Part shown: piece after piece, positions 42,773-53,289 of the stretch
Layout: each line of letters opens with the position of its first letter
Position numbering within the stretch: position 1 is the first letter of the stretch
Source of the DNA: Gammaproteobacteria bacterium
Lineage (GTDB): Bacteria; Pseudomonadota; Gammaproteobacteria; Eutrophobiales; Eutrophobiaceae
DNA length: 64,000 nt
NCBI GenBank assembly: GCA_965238225.1
Contig: OZ250183.1
Span: forward strand, 448,001 to 512,000
Reading direction: 5' to 3'
Program-made: the position numbers and the translations under genes
Notes under the pieces: model-generated
Seen by the model: only the letters and a program-made list of their open reading frames with translations
Databases searched by the model: none
What the model was told of the DNA's origin: nothing

Positions 42773-44863
42773 TTATTTACTTTTTGTTTCTTCTCGTTCT
42801 TTTGCTTCAGCAATCACCTCTTCAGCAATATTTTTCGGGCAAGGCATATAATGCAAGAATTCCATAGAAAACTGCCCTCGGCCTGATGTTAATGTACGCA
42901 GAGTACCAATATAACCAAACATTTCGCTTAGTGGACATTCTGCCTTGATGCGTATGCCTGTTGAGCCTGCATCCTGAGATTTAATCATGCCGCGTCGACG
43001 ATTCAAATCGCCAATTACATCACCTACATGATCATCAGGCGTGAATACATCTACTTTCATAATCGGTTCCATCATTTGTGGACCTGCTTTAGGCATACTC
43101 TGTCTGTACGCAGCATTAGCCGCCAGTTCAAAAGCAACGGCTGAGGAGTCAACTGCATGGAAGGCACCGTCAATCAGTGTGACTTTAAAATCAAGACATG
43201 GGTAGCCAGCCAAAACACCTTTTTCCGTATTCTTTTTAAAGCCATTTTTAATTGCTGGCCAAAACTCCCGTGGAACATTGCCGCCTGTGACTTTGGATTC
43301 AAATTCAAAACCACTGCCCGGCTCGCCCGGTTCAATGATGTAATCAATTTTACCGTACTGACCCGAGCCGCCTGATTGTTTTTTATGGGTGTAACTATCT
43401 TCAACGTGTTTAGTGACAGTTTCACGGTAAGCTACCTGTGGTTTACCAATCGTGACATCAATACCATGTGTACGTTTAAGAATATCAACCTTAATCTCAA
43501 GGTGCAGTTCACCCATCCCCTTAAGGATAGTTTCGCCACTGTCTTCATCTGTTTCAACCATAAAAGAAGGATCTTCCCTGATCATTTTACTTAATGCGAT
43601 ACCTAGTTTTTCTGAAGCCGCTTTATCATCTGATGAACAAGCGATAGAAATCACCGGATCAGGAAAGATCATGGGTTCAAGTGTTGCAGGTTTATCAGGA
43701 TCGCATAGGGTATGCCCTGTTTGTACATTTTTCATACCGACGATCGCGATAATGTCACCTGCTTGGGCATTATCAAGTTCAATACGTTCATCAGCATGCA
43801 TTTCAACTAGGCGACCAATCCGTTCTGTTTTGCCTGTGAAAGTATTCAGCACGTTTGTTCCTTTGCCAAATTTTCCTGAGTAAATACGGACAAAGGTGAG
43901 TGCACCAAAACGGTCATCCATGATTTTGAATGCTAATGCACGTAATGGCTTGTCAGGGTCCGCGGTAGCAAATTTACCTGTTTCATTACCTTTCAGATCA
44001 ACTTCTGGCTGTGGTTTAACTTCGGTTGGATCGGGCAGGTAATCGACGGTCGCATCAAGGACTGGCTGTATACCCTTGTTTTTAAAAGCAGAACCACAGT
44101 AAGTTGGAAAGAAATCCAGTGAGATAGTGCCTCTACGGACACATGATTTAATCTCATCAATTGATAGTTCTTCTCCATTTAAGTATTTCTCCATGAGTGT
44201 GTCATCTTGTTCTACGGCGGTTTCAATTAATTTTTCACGCCATTTTTCAATTGTCTCTACCATATCCTCAGGCGGTTCTTCAATTTTATAATTGCTTGCA
44301 TTATCAGTGCCTTCCCATATCCATGCCTTGCGGGTTAGTAGATCGACAACACCAGAAAACTCATCTTCGATCCCAATAGGTAATACCATGACCAGAGGGT
44401 TTGCGCCGAGAATATCTTCGATTTGTTTTACTACACGATAAAAATCAGCACCGACACGATCAAGTTTATTGATAAAGATAATGCGGGAAACCTCAGATTC
44501 GTTTGCATAACGCCAGTTGGTTTCTGATTGTGGTTCAACACCACCAGAACCACAGAATACACCAATACCACCATCAAGCACTTTTAATGAACGATATACT
44601 TCAATTGTAAAATCAACGTGCCCTGGAGTATCGATAATATTCAGGCGATGACCATTCCATTCACAACTGGTCGCAGCAGACTGAATGGTGATTCCACGTT
44701 CCTGTTCCTGTTCCATGAAGTCAGTAGTAGCTTCGCCATCATGCACTTCGCCAGTCTTGTGAATCTTTCCAGTCAGTTTTAAAATACGTTCTGTGGTGGT
44801 TGTTTTGCCAGCATCTACATGGGCAAAGATACCTATGTTTCTATATTTGGATAAATCAGTCAT
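42773..44863 (-). CDS. fusA: Elongation factor G, stand-alone copy
   Basis: [39 protein letters not shown]; no rpsL/rpsG/tuf neighbours. Confidence 0.96.
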   Translation of the reverse strand: MTDLSKYRNIGIFAHVDAGKTTTTERILKLTGKIHKTGEVHDGEATTDFMEQEQERGITIQSAATSCEWNGHRLNIIDTPGHVDFTIEVYRSLKVLDGGIGVFCGSGGVEPQSETNWRYANESEVSRIIFINKLDRVGADFYRVVKQIEDILGANPLVMVLPIGIEDEFSGVVDLLTRKAWIWEGTDNASNYKIEEPPEDMVETIEKWREKLIETAVEQDDTLMEKYLNGEELSIDEIKSCVRRGTISLDFFPTYCGSAFKNKGIQPVLDATVDYLPDPTEVKPQPEVDLKGNETGKFATADPDKPLRALAFKIMDDRFGALTFVRIYSGKFGKGTNVLNTFTGKTERIGRLVEMHADERIELDNAQAGDIIAIVGMKNVQTGHTLCDPDKPATLEPMIFPDPVISIACSSDDKAASEKLGIALSKMIREDPSFMVETDEDSGETILKGMGELHLEIKVDILKRTHGIDVTIGKPQVAYRETVTKHVEDSYTHKKQSGGSGQYGKIDYIIEPGEPGSGFEFESKVTGGNVPREFWPAIKNGFKKNTEKGVLAGYPCLDFKVTLIDGAFHAVDSSAVAFELAANAAYRQSMPKAGPQMMEPIMKVDVFTPDDHVGDVIGDLNRRRGMIKSQDAGSTGIRIKAECPLSEMFGYIGTLRTLTSGRGQFSMEFLHYMPCPKNIAEEVIAEAKEREETKSK

Positions 44864-45225
44864 AAATTATTTACTCTATTCAGTTTCATTTTAATGAATC
44901 GATTAGCATCTTAAATGCATGTTATCAGCCAACTGTATTGCCTGACTGCATATTCGACTATTATCACTTAGAGATGCACCTGTTAAACACCATTCAAATA
45001 AGCACAGTACAGTTACCGTGCCAAAAGCGCGGAATTATAAACCAAAATAGTGGGTCAATACTACCTTATGCAGTACTTGTATACTTGTTGTTTATCATAG
45101 ACTTGCATAATTTGAGAGCGAGTATTTTTTGTCTCAAAGCCATTTACGGGTAAAATCTGCGCGCGTTGATGGTATATTTTGCATTGTTGAATTAATCAAT
45201 TTAACAGAAAGGTATAATTTGAGTA

Positions 45226-45311
45226 ATGCACGATATTTCAAACCGTATAGCCGACATATCATTTGCAGTAGAAGCTACACTTAGAGTCAATGGTAAATGG
45301 GACGAAATCAG
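45226..45311 (+). pseudogene. Truncated YqcC-family gene (first ~28 codons only)
   Basis: Manual translation MHDISNRIADISFAVEATLRVNGKWDEI resembles the YqcC N-terminus (..IE..LR..G.W); preceded by a TAAAAT + GC-rich discriminator; runs into the bioA stop. Confidence 0.55.
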
Positions 45312-46610
45312 TCAAGATGACAAATGCGATACTATATTAACAATAGTTGTTGTTAATATTTTTAGATCTTTATTATTGATAATAAATGGCGGCATGAGAT
45401 AGATTAGCTTTCCAAATGGCCTAATCCAAACACCAGCATCGACAAGCAGTGGCTGCACAGCATTTATATCAAGTGGGTTATTGAGTTCCACTACACCAAT
45501 GGCACCTAATACGCGCACATCTGCAACATTACTCATTGATTGGCAAGGTCTAAGTCCTTTGTATAATTGCTTTTCTATTCTTGAAATTTCTGATTGCCAG
45601 GGAGAGGCCAATAGTAATTTCAGGCTGGTCAAAGCTGCAACACAAGCAAGAGGGTTAGCCATGAATGTTGGGCCGTGCATAAACACACCCGGGCAGCCTT
45701 GACTGATGGTATTGCTGACATCGCTGCTTGTGAGTGTTGCCGCCAGAGACATATAACCACCAGTGAGGGCTTTACCAACGCACATAATGTCAGGTGTGAC
45801 GTTGGCATGTTCTGCAGCAAATAATTTCCCAGTGCGGCCGAACCCAGTTGCTATTTCATCAAGTATCAACAATACATGATGTCGATAACAGAGTTCGCGG
45901 ACGCGATGCAGATATTCTGCAGAATAAAAACGCATACCACCTGCGCCTTGAACAATCGGCTCCATAATAACGGCAGCGATAGTATCTTTCTCAGTATCAA
46001 GCGTATGTTCAAATTCAGCAATGTCTTCATCACTACAAGCTTGGCCAAAGCGGCAGTTTGGAGAATCAACAAAATGCTGTTTTGTTAAGGTGTTGTTAAA
46101 GAGTGAATGTATTCCAGTAACAGGGTCACACACAGACATAGCGCCAAAGGTATCACCGTGGTAGCCTGCTCTGATGGTTAGAAAGAGTTGCTTATCAGGC
46201 TTTCTTTTTGCATACCAATATTGAATCGCCATTTTCATTGCTACTTCAACAGAGACAGAACCAGAATCTGTAAAGAAAACGGATTGTAATGTACGAGGTG
46301 TTAGAGCAACCAGTTTTGTGGCAAGTTCAACCGCAGGTTCATGTGTCAGTCCACCGAACATTATGTGAGACATTTTCTTTAATTGTTGTTCAAGCGCACG
46401 ATTCATTTCAGGGTGGTTATAACCATGAATAGCACACCACCAAGAAGACATACCGTCTATCAACTCCCGACCATCTGTTAACTTCAGTTTTACTCCATCT
46501 GCAGATGCCACTGGGTAAACAGACAGTCTTTCGTCCGCATCGCTAAACATGGCGCTGTATGGATGCCACACATGTGCCTTATCAAGTTTTAGCAGTGAGT
46601 CATTTGTCAT
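45312..46610 (-). CDS. bioA: Adenosylmethionine-8-amino-7-oxononanoate aminotransferase
   Basis: VWHPY, DGMSSWW.AIHGY, DSGSVSVEVAMK, DEIATGFGRTG, PLP lysine GKALTGG. Confidence 0.97.
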   Translation of the reverse strand: MTNDSLLKLDKAHVWHPYSAMFSDADERLSVYPVASADGVKLKLTDGRELIDGMSSWWCAIHGYNHPEMNRALEQQLKKMSHIMFGGLTHEPAVELATKLVALTPRTLQSVFFTDSGSVSVEVAMKMAIQYWYAKRKPDKQLFLTIRAGYHGDTFGAMSVCDPVTGIHSLFNNTLTKQHFVDSPNCRFGQACSDEDIAEFEHTLDTEKDTIAAVIMEPIVQGAGGMRFYSAEYLHRVRELCYRHHVLLILDEIATGFGRTGKLFAAEHANVTPDIMCVGKALTGGYMSLAATLTSSDVSNTISQGCPGVFMHGPTFMANPLACVAALTSLKLLLASPWQSEISRIEKQLYKGLRPCQSMSNVADVRVLGAIGVVELNNPLDINAVQPLLVDAGVWIRPFGKLIYLMPPFIINNKDLKILTTTIVNIVSHLSS

Positions 46611-47135
46611 ATTTTTGACTGTTTGAGTTTGCAAAAACAATATCTACTTACCAGTATCAACGACTAAATAAAAGCCTCTCAAGGCACATTGTCGAAATGC
46701 CTTTTACAAATCGAGTAGTAAATTTCGTGTTCGCGACGAATGTATTGTTAGTAAAGAGCAGTATAGATTACCAGTTTTTTCAGAAGAGACCATAGATTGA
46801 TAAACACATAATATTGCATCGAAACAATCAAGCCAAGTATTTCAACAATTGTTATCCATAGGAATTATAATAATAATTATTTATGTTTATTATGATTTAA
46901 CTGCACCATTTTAGTCATTGTCAAGTTCAGATGATATTTTAGTGCCTATATGATCTGGCTTAATAGGTGGGAGTTATGCAGTAGGAAAGATTAGAATGGC
47001 AGGTTCATTAATCTTCGATGAAGTGTTACTACTATAACATGGATCAAGAATAGCGAAAAAGATGCCGAGCAAATTATTAATGAGGTATCCTTGTTGTCAA
47101 GTTCAGACAAACAAGAATATCTATTAGGCAAATTC

Positions 47136-47702
47136 ATGTCAGAAGAAATAAATAGTTCAAATCTCATTGAATTGATCTCTGGCAGACGTACGATTCATAA
47201 ATTTAAAGAAGGTCTGCGTCCCTATGAAAAACTAAAAGAAGCGATCGATCTCGCAAGGTGGGCGCCAAATCATCATTTAACTGAGCCTTGGCATTTTTAT
47301 TTGCTGGGAGATGAAACAGTGGATGCAGTCATCAAACTCAATTCTAAGATCGTTAGAGCATCAAAGGGAGATGCTGCTGCGACAGCAAAAGAGAGGCGTT
47401 GGAGGGGCATGCCTGGTTGGTTTGTGATGACCTGTTCTAAGTCAGGTGAACCCATAAGAGACAAAGAAGATTATGCAGCCTGCTGTTGTGCGGCACAAAA
47501 TTTGATGTTAACGCTATGGAATAAAGGTGTGGGCGTTAAATGGACAACAGGTGACATTATCCATGATAAACGTTTTTATGATCTGTTATGGATTGATCAA
47601 GAATTGGAAACCATAGTTGGCTTGTTCTGGTATGGTTATGCCCAAGAGGTTCCTAGGATGGCGCGTAAATCCTGCTTACAAATCACCACAGAACTGCCTT
47701 AG
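47136..47702 (+). CDS. Nitroreductase family protein (YdjA-like)
   Basis: RRTIH.F, A.WAPNH.LTEPW.F, AAQNLML. Confidence 0.88.
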   Translation: MSEEINSSNLIELISGRRTIHKFKEGLRPYEKLKEAIDLARWAPNHHLTEPWHFYLLGDETVDAVIKLNSKIVRASKGDAAATAKERRWRGMPGWFVMTCSKSGEPIRDKEDYAACCCAAQNLMLTLWNKGVGVKWTTGDIIHDKRFYDLLWIDQELETIVGLFWYGYAQEVPRMARKSCLQITTELP

Positions 47703-47756
47703 GAGGTGGTTTCCTGAATATTACTAATCTTGCAAGAACTTATTTAACGAATCATC

Positions 47757-48308
47757 ATGCTAACTGCCTTAAATACAGTCTTAAAAGCATTTTTTGATAT
47801 CTGTTTGTTGCGCAAGAGACCGCAAGACCTACCCAAGTCTACTGTGCTTCTGATTTCATGTTTCGTCATGTACACGGTCATTGGTATGTTGCTTACTATG
47901 CAGTCAGGGACATTTATCGTTGTTTTGATGGTGAGCCTTGTTGACGCAGGGTTTTTACTGACAGCGACCTTTTTAGTGCTTAGACAACATCGGCATATTG
48001 ATAGATGGCATCAAACGATGACAGCTTTATTTGGTACTGGCGCTATCTTAGGTATTTTTAGCCCTCCCGCTGGTTTTTGCTATAGCTCAAATTTTTGGGC
48101 TCAAAGCCAACATGAAGGTTGGTTGCAACCAATCACCGTATTATTTTTTCTTGCCATGGTTATTTGGAGTATTGTGATTTTTGCGCACATCATACGACAC
48201 GCAATTTCGACATCGATGGGTATTGGTGTAGTGATCGCCATTCTTTATACCTATTGCACGAACTCATTATTCATTGCCATGTTATTAGCGGAGATAAGCG
48301 TCCAGTGA
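47757..48308 (+). CDS. Conserved hypothetical inner membrane protein
   Basis: ICLLRK.PQDLP.S start, about 5 hydrophobic segments, stop overlaps the mpl GTG. Confidence 0.7.
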   Translation: MLTALNTVLKAFFDICLLRKRPQDLPKSTVLLISCFVMYTVIGMLLTMQSGTFIVVLMVSLVDAGFLLTATFLVLRQHRHIDRWHQTMTALFGTGAILGIFSPPAGFCYSSNFWAQSQHEGWLQPITVLFFLAMVIWSIVIFAHIIRHAISTSMGIGVVIAILYTYCTNSLFIAMLLAEISVQ

Positions 48309-49298
48309 AAATTCATATTTTAGGCATTTTCGGGACTTCCTATAGGGGCATTGCGTTGCTTACGAAGACTTTAGGCCATGAGGTCAGTGGGCAAGATGCC
48401 AATGTTTGCCCACCCATGAGCATTCAGTTAGAAGACCAAGTATCGAGCCCTGACAAACGCTCCAAGTTTGTCCATTAATTATCCTGACATTTTGGTTATC
48501 AACAATAATTGAATATGATCATGCTGATATATTCTCAGATATTGCAGCGATTAGACGCGAATTCCATCATATGGTAAGGATTGTCCCCGAAAATGGTCTG
48601 ATTATCGCCAAGCAAGGGGACACCCAGATTTCACAGGTTCTTGAGACAGGTTGCTGGACAGCTACTGAATAACTTTGGTGATGAGGAAGCGCAGTGGAAT
48701 GTATGTGCATTGTCTGATGACTTTAGCCAATTTAATGTGCTTTTTAACTTGGAAATCGTAGGTAAAATAAGTTGGGAATTAATTGGACAGTTCAATGTAG
48801 AAAATGCCCTTGCCGCTTGCAATCGTGTCAGCGTTCCTTCAGCTATATCTTGTGAGGCATTGCCATTATTTAAAAAAATTAAACGGCGTTTAGAGTGTCT
48901 GGCAAAAGTGAACCAAGTGACTGTTTACGATAATTTCGCGCATTATTCAACAGCAATCAGGGTAACTTTGAAAGCTTTACGGCAGTAAGGTTAAAGGACA
49001 GCGTATTATTGCTATCATGGAACCTCGTTCAAACACCATGAGACAAGGCGTGCATCAGGACATGCTTGCTGATGCTTTTTCCAAGGCAGACCACACGTTT
49101 TTATACGCAGCGGATAATGTAGAATGGGACTTACCTAAAGCAGTATCTTCTTTGGGCAAAAAGGTCATGGTTATAGATAGCATTGAAAATATTGTTAACG
49201 AAATTGCGAGTATTGCAAAAGCAGATGATCATATCCTGATCATGAGTAATGGCAATTTCTCTGGACTTCATGAAAAATTAATTGAGAAATTGGCATAA
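48305..49298 (+). pseudogene. mpl: Murein peptide ligase Mpl pseudogene
   Basis: Fragments KIHILGI.GT...GHEVSGQDANVCPPMS, DKRSKFVH, EYDHADIF..HHMVRIVP, KRRLE, VYDNFAH, EPRSNTM, MSNGNF in several frames; large internal deletion plus stops. Confidence 0.92.
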
Positions 49299-49882
49299 TG
49301 ATAACCATTCCCTTGTTTCCTCTGAACACAGTTTTATTTCCAGGAGGACAATTACCACTGAAGATATTTGAGGCGCGTTATCTAGATATGGTCAGTGAAT
49401 GTTTGCGTACTGGACAGCAATTTGGCGTGTGTCTTTTAAGTTCTGGAAAAGAGGTGGGTGGTTCTGCTGAATGTTATGAAATAGGAACATTGGCAAAGAT
49501 TATAGATTGGGATAAGCGCAGCGATGGGTTGCTGGAAATAGTTGTAGAGGGTGAACAAAGATTTCGCTTGCTGGATAAAAGGGAACGACCCAATCATCTG
49601 GCAGAAGGCGACGTACAAATAATTGACGATGATGATTGCAAAGAATTACCCGCTGAACATCAATTACTTTCTGATTTATTACGCCAGATTGCCGAGAAAT
49701 TTGAGCTGTCATATCAAAAAGAACATAAAAAATATGATAATGCAGTATGGGTTGGTTACCGATTGTCTGAGGTCTTGCCTCTGGAGTCAAAAGAACGACA
49801 AGCGTTGCTCGAGATTGATGACGTGATCAATCGATTGCAACACATTCAAAATGCTATTGAGGATGTCACGACTGAGGAATAA
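49298..49882 (+). CDS. LON peptidase N-terminal substrate-binding domain protein
   Basis: IPLFPLNTVLFPGG.LPL.IFE.RYLDM motif. Confidence 0.92.
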   Translation: MITIPLFPLNTVLFPGGQLPLKIFEARYLDMVSECLRTGQQFGVCLLSSGKEVGGSAECYEIGTLAKIIDWDKRSDGLLEIVVEGEQRFRLLDKRERPNHLAEGDVQIIDDDDCKELPAEHQLLSDLLRQIAEKFELSYQKEHKKYDNAVWVGYRLSEVLPLESKERQALLEIDDVINRLQHIQNAIEDVTTEE

Positions 49883-50088
49883 ACTCAAATTGATTAAATC
49901 TAATTTAAATTTTTTATTATTCATATGAATGCAGTATCAGGTTCTTCGATAACAGCATTTTCCAAAATGTCAATATTTTCAATTTCAAATATGTACAATA
50001 GCCACCCAAAACAGTTTTATACACGTATATCTACGGATTAAATAGCTGCTAGAATGCGCTTGTCTAAGGAAGCGTGACAAAATAAATA

Positions 50089-50652
50089 ATGTTAAGAACT
50101 TACCCAAAAACAGATAATTTACCTGTGATCGTTATGGGTCTTTGCCCCCTGTTGCTGGTCACAACCTCGATACTCAATGCCATTTTTATGGGCAGTATTT
50201 TTTTAACAGTATTACTGTTAAGTGGCGTGGTTTTATCACCTATGAGGTATTTTGTTACCCCTGCCATGCGATTACCTATTATTCTATTGGTAACGGCTGG
50301 TTGCGCTACTTTAATTGATTTGTTATTAAGCGTTTTTTATTATAAATGGCATCTGACTCTAGGTATCTATATTCCCTTGTTGTCTATGAATTGTTTGATT
50401 CTTGTCAATGCAGAAGAAAATATACTGCGACATGGTCTGAGGGACGCAATGACACGAAGTTTGATGTTGGGTTTTAATATGATTGGGTTATTGTTTTTGG
50501 TAGGCTTGATCCGAGATACCATGTCTGGATCAATTTTTAATGGCAACGGACTCCTTATATTTGAAATGGTTCCAGGTGCTTTTCTGGCGCTTGGATTAAT
50601 CATAGCACTGTTTAATTATCTAAACACGAGTGTTGCAAAATTTTGCGACTAG
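50089..50652 (+). CDS. rsxE: RnfE/RsxE-like electron transport membrane subunit (orphan)
   Basis: GLCPLL..T, LGIYIPL..NC, PGAFL.LG; immediately upstream of nth as in rsxABCDGE-nth. Confidence 0.82.
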   Translation: MLRTYPKTDNLPVIVMGLCPLLLVTTSILNAIFMGSIFLTVLLLSGVVLSPMRYFVTPAMRLPIILLVTAGCATLIDLLLSVFYYKWHLTLGIYIPLLSMNCLILVNAEENILRHGLRDAMTRSLMLGFNMIGLLFLVGLIRDTMSGSIFNGNGLLIFEMVPGAFLALGLIIALFNYLNTSVAKFCD

Positions 50653-50701
50653 TGGTTGTGTATTTAAAACAGTAAAAACTTTAATTTAAGACAGTTTCAT
50701 T

Positions 50702-51334
50702 TTGAATAAAAATAAACGTACTCAAATATTTCAGCAATTAAAGGATCAAAATCCAGAACCAAGCACCGAATTAAAATACAAAAATCCATTCGAATTATTG
50801 ATTTCTGTGATCTTGTCTGCCAAAGCAACAGATGTAGGTGTGAATAAGGCAACAAAGAAATTATATCCTATTGCGAATACACCGGAAGCAATTTACGCTT
50901 TAGGTCTTGATGGACTCAAGACGTATATACGTACAATAGGCTTATACAACACCAAAGCCAAAAATATTATCAAGACATGTAAATTATTGATTGATGAATA
51001 TGATGCTCAGGTGCCTAAAGATAGAAAAGCTCTGCAACGATTACCAGGCGTTGGCCGAAAAACAGCAAATGTAATTCTGAATACAGCGTTTGGGCAGCCG
51101 ACCATCGCTGTAGATACGCATATTTTCAGGGTTTCAAATCGCACCGGAATCGCATCTGGAAAAGATGTTCGCGCGGTTGAAGATAAATTAATAAAATTTG
51201 TGCCTGATGAATATAAACAGAATGCGCATCATTGGCTAATTTTGCATGGACGATATACCTGTATCGCACGTAAACCAAGGTGTGGGAGTTGTATTATCTA
51301 TGAATTATGTGAGTTTAAACAAAAAACATGTTGA
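50702..51334 (+). CDS. nth: Endonuclease III
   Basis: HhH LPGVGRKTANV, VDTH, FCL motif C-x6-C-x2-C-x5-C. Confidence 0.97.
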   Translation: MNKNKRTQIFQQLKDQNPEPSTELKYKNPFELLISVILSAKATDVGVNKATKKLYPIANTPEAIYALGLDGLKTYIRTIGLYNTKAKNIIKTCKLLIDEYDAQVPKDRKALQRLPGVGRKTANVILNTAFGQPTIAVDTHIFRVSNRTGIASGKDVRAVEDKLIKFVPDEYKQNAHHWLILHGRYTCIARKPRCGSCIIYELCEFKQKTC

Positions 51335-51359
51335 AGCTATCTTATAAGGAAGTATTAGT

Positions 51360-51782
51360 TTGATTCAGGATCGTGATTCCGGGAGGGCGTTTTTTCTAGA
51401 GGTGTGGGGAAAGCATAATAAAAATTTTCCATTAGAAGCGCTTGAGAAAATGGTGTTAAACGTCGCCTTACAACACCCTGAATATCATGCAATACTTGAA
51501 AGAGATGAGAAGGAAATTTTCGAAATGGAATTTACACCGGAAATGGGCATGACAAATCCGTTTCTACATATGGGTATGCATATCGTAATTCAGGAGCAGA
51601 TAGCTGCAAATAGACCCTCAGGGATCGCAGAACTCTATAAGAGCTTATTGCTTAAATATCCATCTGCACACGATTTGGAACACAATATGATGGAATGTCT
51701 TGGTGAAATTTTGTTACTCGCCCAGCAAAATAATACCTTGCCAGATGAGGCGCAGTATCTAAGGCAGGTGCGGTGTCTTTAA
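51360..51782 (+). CDS. DUF1841 family protein
   Basis: HPEYH, NPFLHMGMH..I.EQ, MECLGE; typical neighbour of nth. Confidence 0.88.
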   Translation: MIQDRDSGRAFFLEVWGKHNKNFPLEALEKMVLNVALQHPEYHAILERDEKEIFEMEFTPEMGMTNPFLHMGMHIVIQEQIAANRPSGIAELYKSLLLKYPSAHDLEHNMMECLGEILLLAQQNNTLPDEAQYLRQVRCL

Positions 51783-51979
51783 GTCGCTTTTCTCAGTGAT
51801 TTCTTAAAAGAAAAATTGAATGATGTGGCAGATCTGAGTAAAAAGAGATTTTTGGTAAAAAGATATTTAAGTCAGATTAAAGACCTTAGACCAAGAAACA
51901 GCAATTATGCAAAACATAAGAAAAAACATAAACGCCAATGAATTTTGAATTGGGGAGCTAGTATTAGAAAATTTGGTGT

Positions 51980-52666
51980 TTAGCCCGCAGTAAACTCCAT
52001 CTTAATTCCAGCTAATTCAATCAAATCACCATCCTTTAATTGATGGGTCTTTGTGCCAATTTCTTCGCCATTTACTACCGGGAAGCCACCTTTACTCTCA
52101 ACGTGAACAAGGAAGTATCCTTGTGGGCGTCTTGATATGACTGCTACCTGTGCTCCAGGTTTTCCAAGTGTAACCAATGCCTTGATAAGTTCTAGTTCTT
52201 TGCCTGCAATGGGACCACTTAAGACAGTCAAACGTCCCGCAGGCATCTTATTTTCTGCTTGCGGTGTTTGACCATAGGGTGCAGTAGCCACGCCAGCTTT
52301 CTCTGCAGCTGCAATTGCAGCATCGGCAGTGCTGGGTCTGACGATTACAGTCTTCTCATAATCATCATCATCAGAGGCATTTTCGTTAATGTATTTTAAT
52401 TCATGCTTACCTATGAGCATGATATCACCATCCTTAAGCGCATGTTTTTTAACGAGCTTCCCATTTACATAGGTACCATTAGTGCTACCAAGATCTTCTA
52501 GAAATGAATCATCAAGTATGGTGATAATCATCGAATGCTTACCACTGACTGCCAGATTATCAATCGTAATATCGCTTCCTGGTTTTCGTCCTATAGTAAT
52601 TTTCTCTTGATCCAACTCGAATTCACTTTGTATTGCACCATTTAAGCTCAGAACCAATTTTGCCAT
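51980..52666 (-). CDS. FHA domain protein (N-terminal canonical FHA, C-terminal degenerate FHA)
   Basis: IGR...VSGKH...DLGSTNGTYVNG; second beta domain ending LKDGDLIELAG. Confidence 0.92.
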   Translation of the reverse strand: MAKLVLSLNGAIQSEFELDQEKITIGRKPGSDITIDNLAVSGKHSMIITILDDSFLEDLGSTNGTYVNGKLVKKHALKDGDIMLIGKHELKYINENASDDDDYEKTVIVRPSTADAAIAAAEKAGVATAPYGQTPQAENKMPAGRLTVLSGPIAGKELELIKALVTLGKPGAQVAVISRRPQGYFLVHVESKGGFPVVNGEEIGTKTHQLKDGDLIELAGIKMEFTAG

Positions 52667-52719
52667 AGTCCCATTTACCCTCTGCTAAAATTAATCACAT
52701 ATTTTAAGTAAGTTTTCTG

Positions 52720-53082
52720 AGCAGCCTTTAGCTTGCACACTGAACCATCCAGAAACTTGGATCGGAAATATTTAGTTAAGAATTAACTGGCATTATTGTC
52801 TTTCTTGGTATATTTCTACCATATACTTCTCGCCAGTCTATCCGCTTGGTGTGGAAGATTAACACTATATTTCCTTGGGGTTAAGTGAATTTCTTCATCT
52901 TTTACCCTATTCTATTGGCTCATTTAATATGAGCGCTAGGTGTAAGTATCTTCGACAGAAGCCTATTGCGAACAATACCGATACCGATACTTCAATCAAT
53001 TAGAATGCCAGACGACAAGCTTTTTGTGTATTTTTCAGACTTCTTCGCAAAGATACTTCAAAGAAAGGCCACGATAAGACAT
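52720..53082 (-). pseudogene. Heavily decayed PP2C-type (Stp1-like) Ser/Thr phosphatase
   Basis: Minus-strand fragment VKDEEIHLTPRKYSVNL..ADRL followed by KDN matches the C-terminus of PP2Cs that precede FHA genes; putative start MSYRGL at 53082. Boundaries approximate. Confidence 0.6.
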
Positions 53083-53289
53083 AAAAACCACACTTAAAGG
53101 CAGAGTTTATGGTAAAAATTGATGGCAAGGCGACTTCAGGAAATTATTTGTTGCAAGATTTAAGTAAGCACTTGCACAGAATCATATCCTTAGAGATAAG
53201 CACCATTACTTTTGTCAATAATTGGGATATTCTAGATGCTGTTTTTAAGGTGTTTTGGAAAAATCCCAAGCAATCTTAAATAAGGAGTA

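Noticed and set aside
46670-46745. Hairpins upstream of bioA as a riboswitch or BirA operator
   Set aside because: Two short stems only; no BirA palindrome or recognisable aptamer core.
51790-51975. Minus-strand hydrophobic fragment (HWRLCFFLCFA*LLFLGL) as a VanZ-like relic
   Set aside because: T-rich DNA yields such peptides by chance; too little signal to call.
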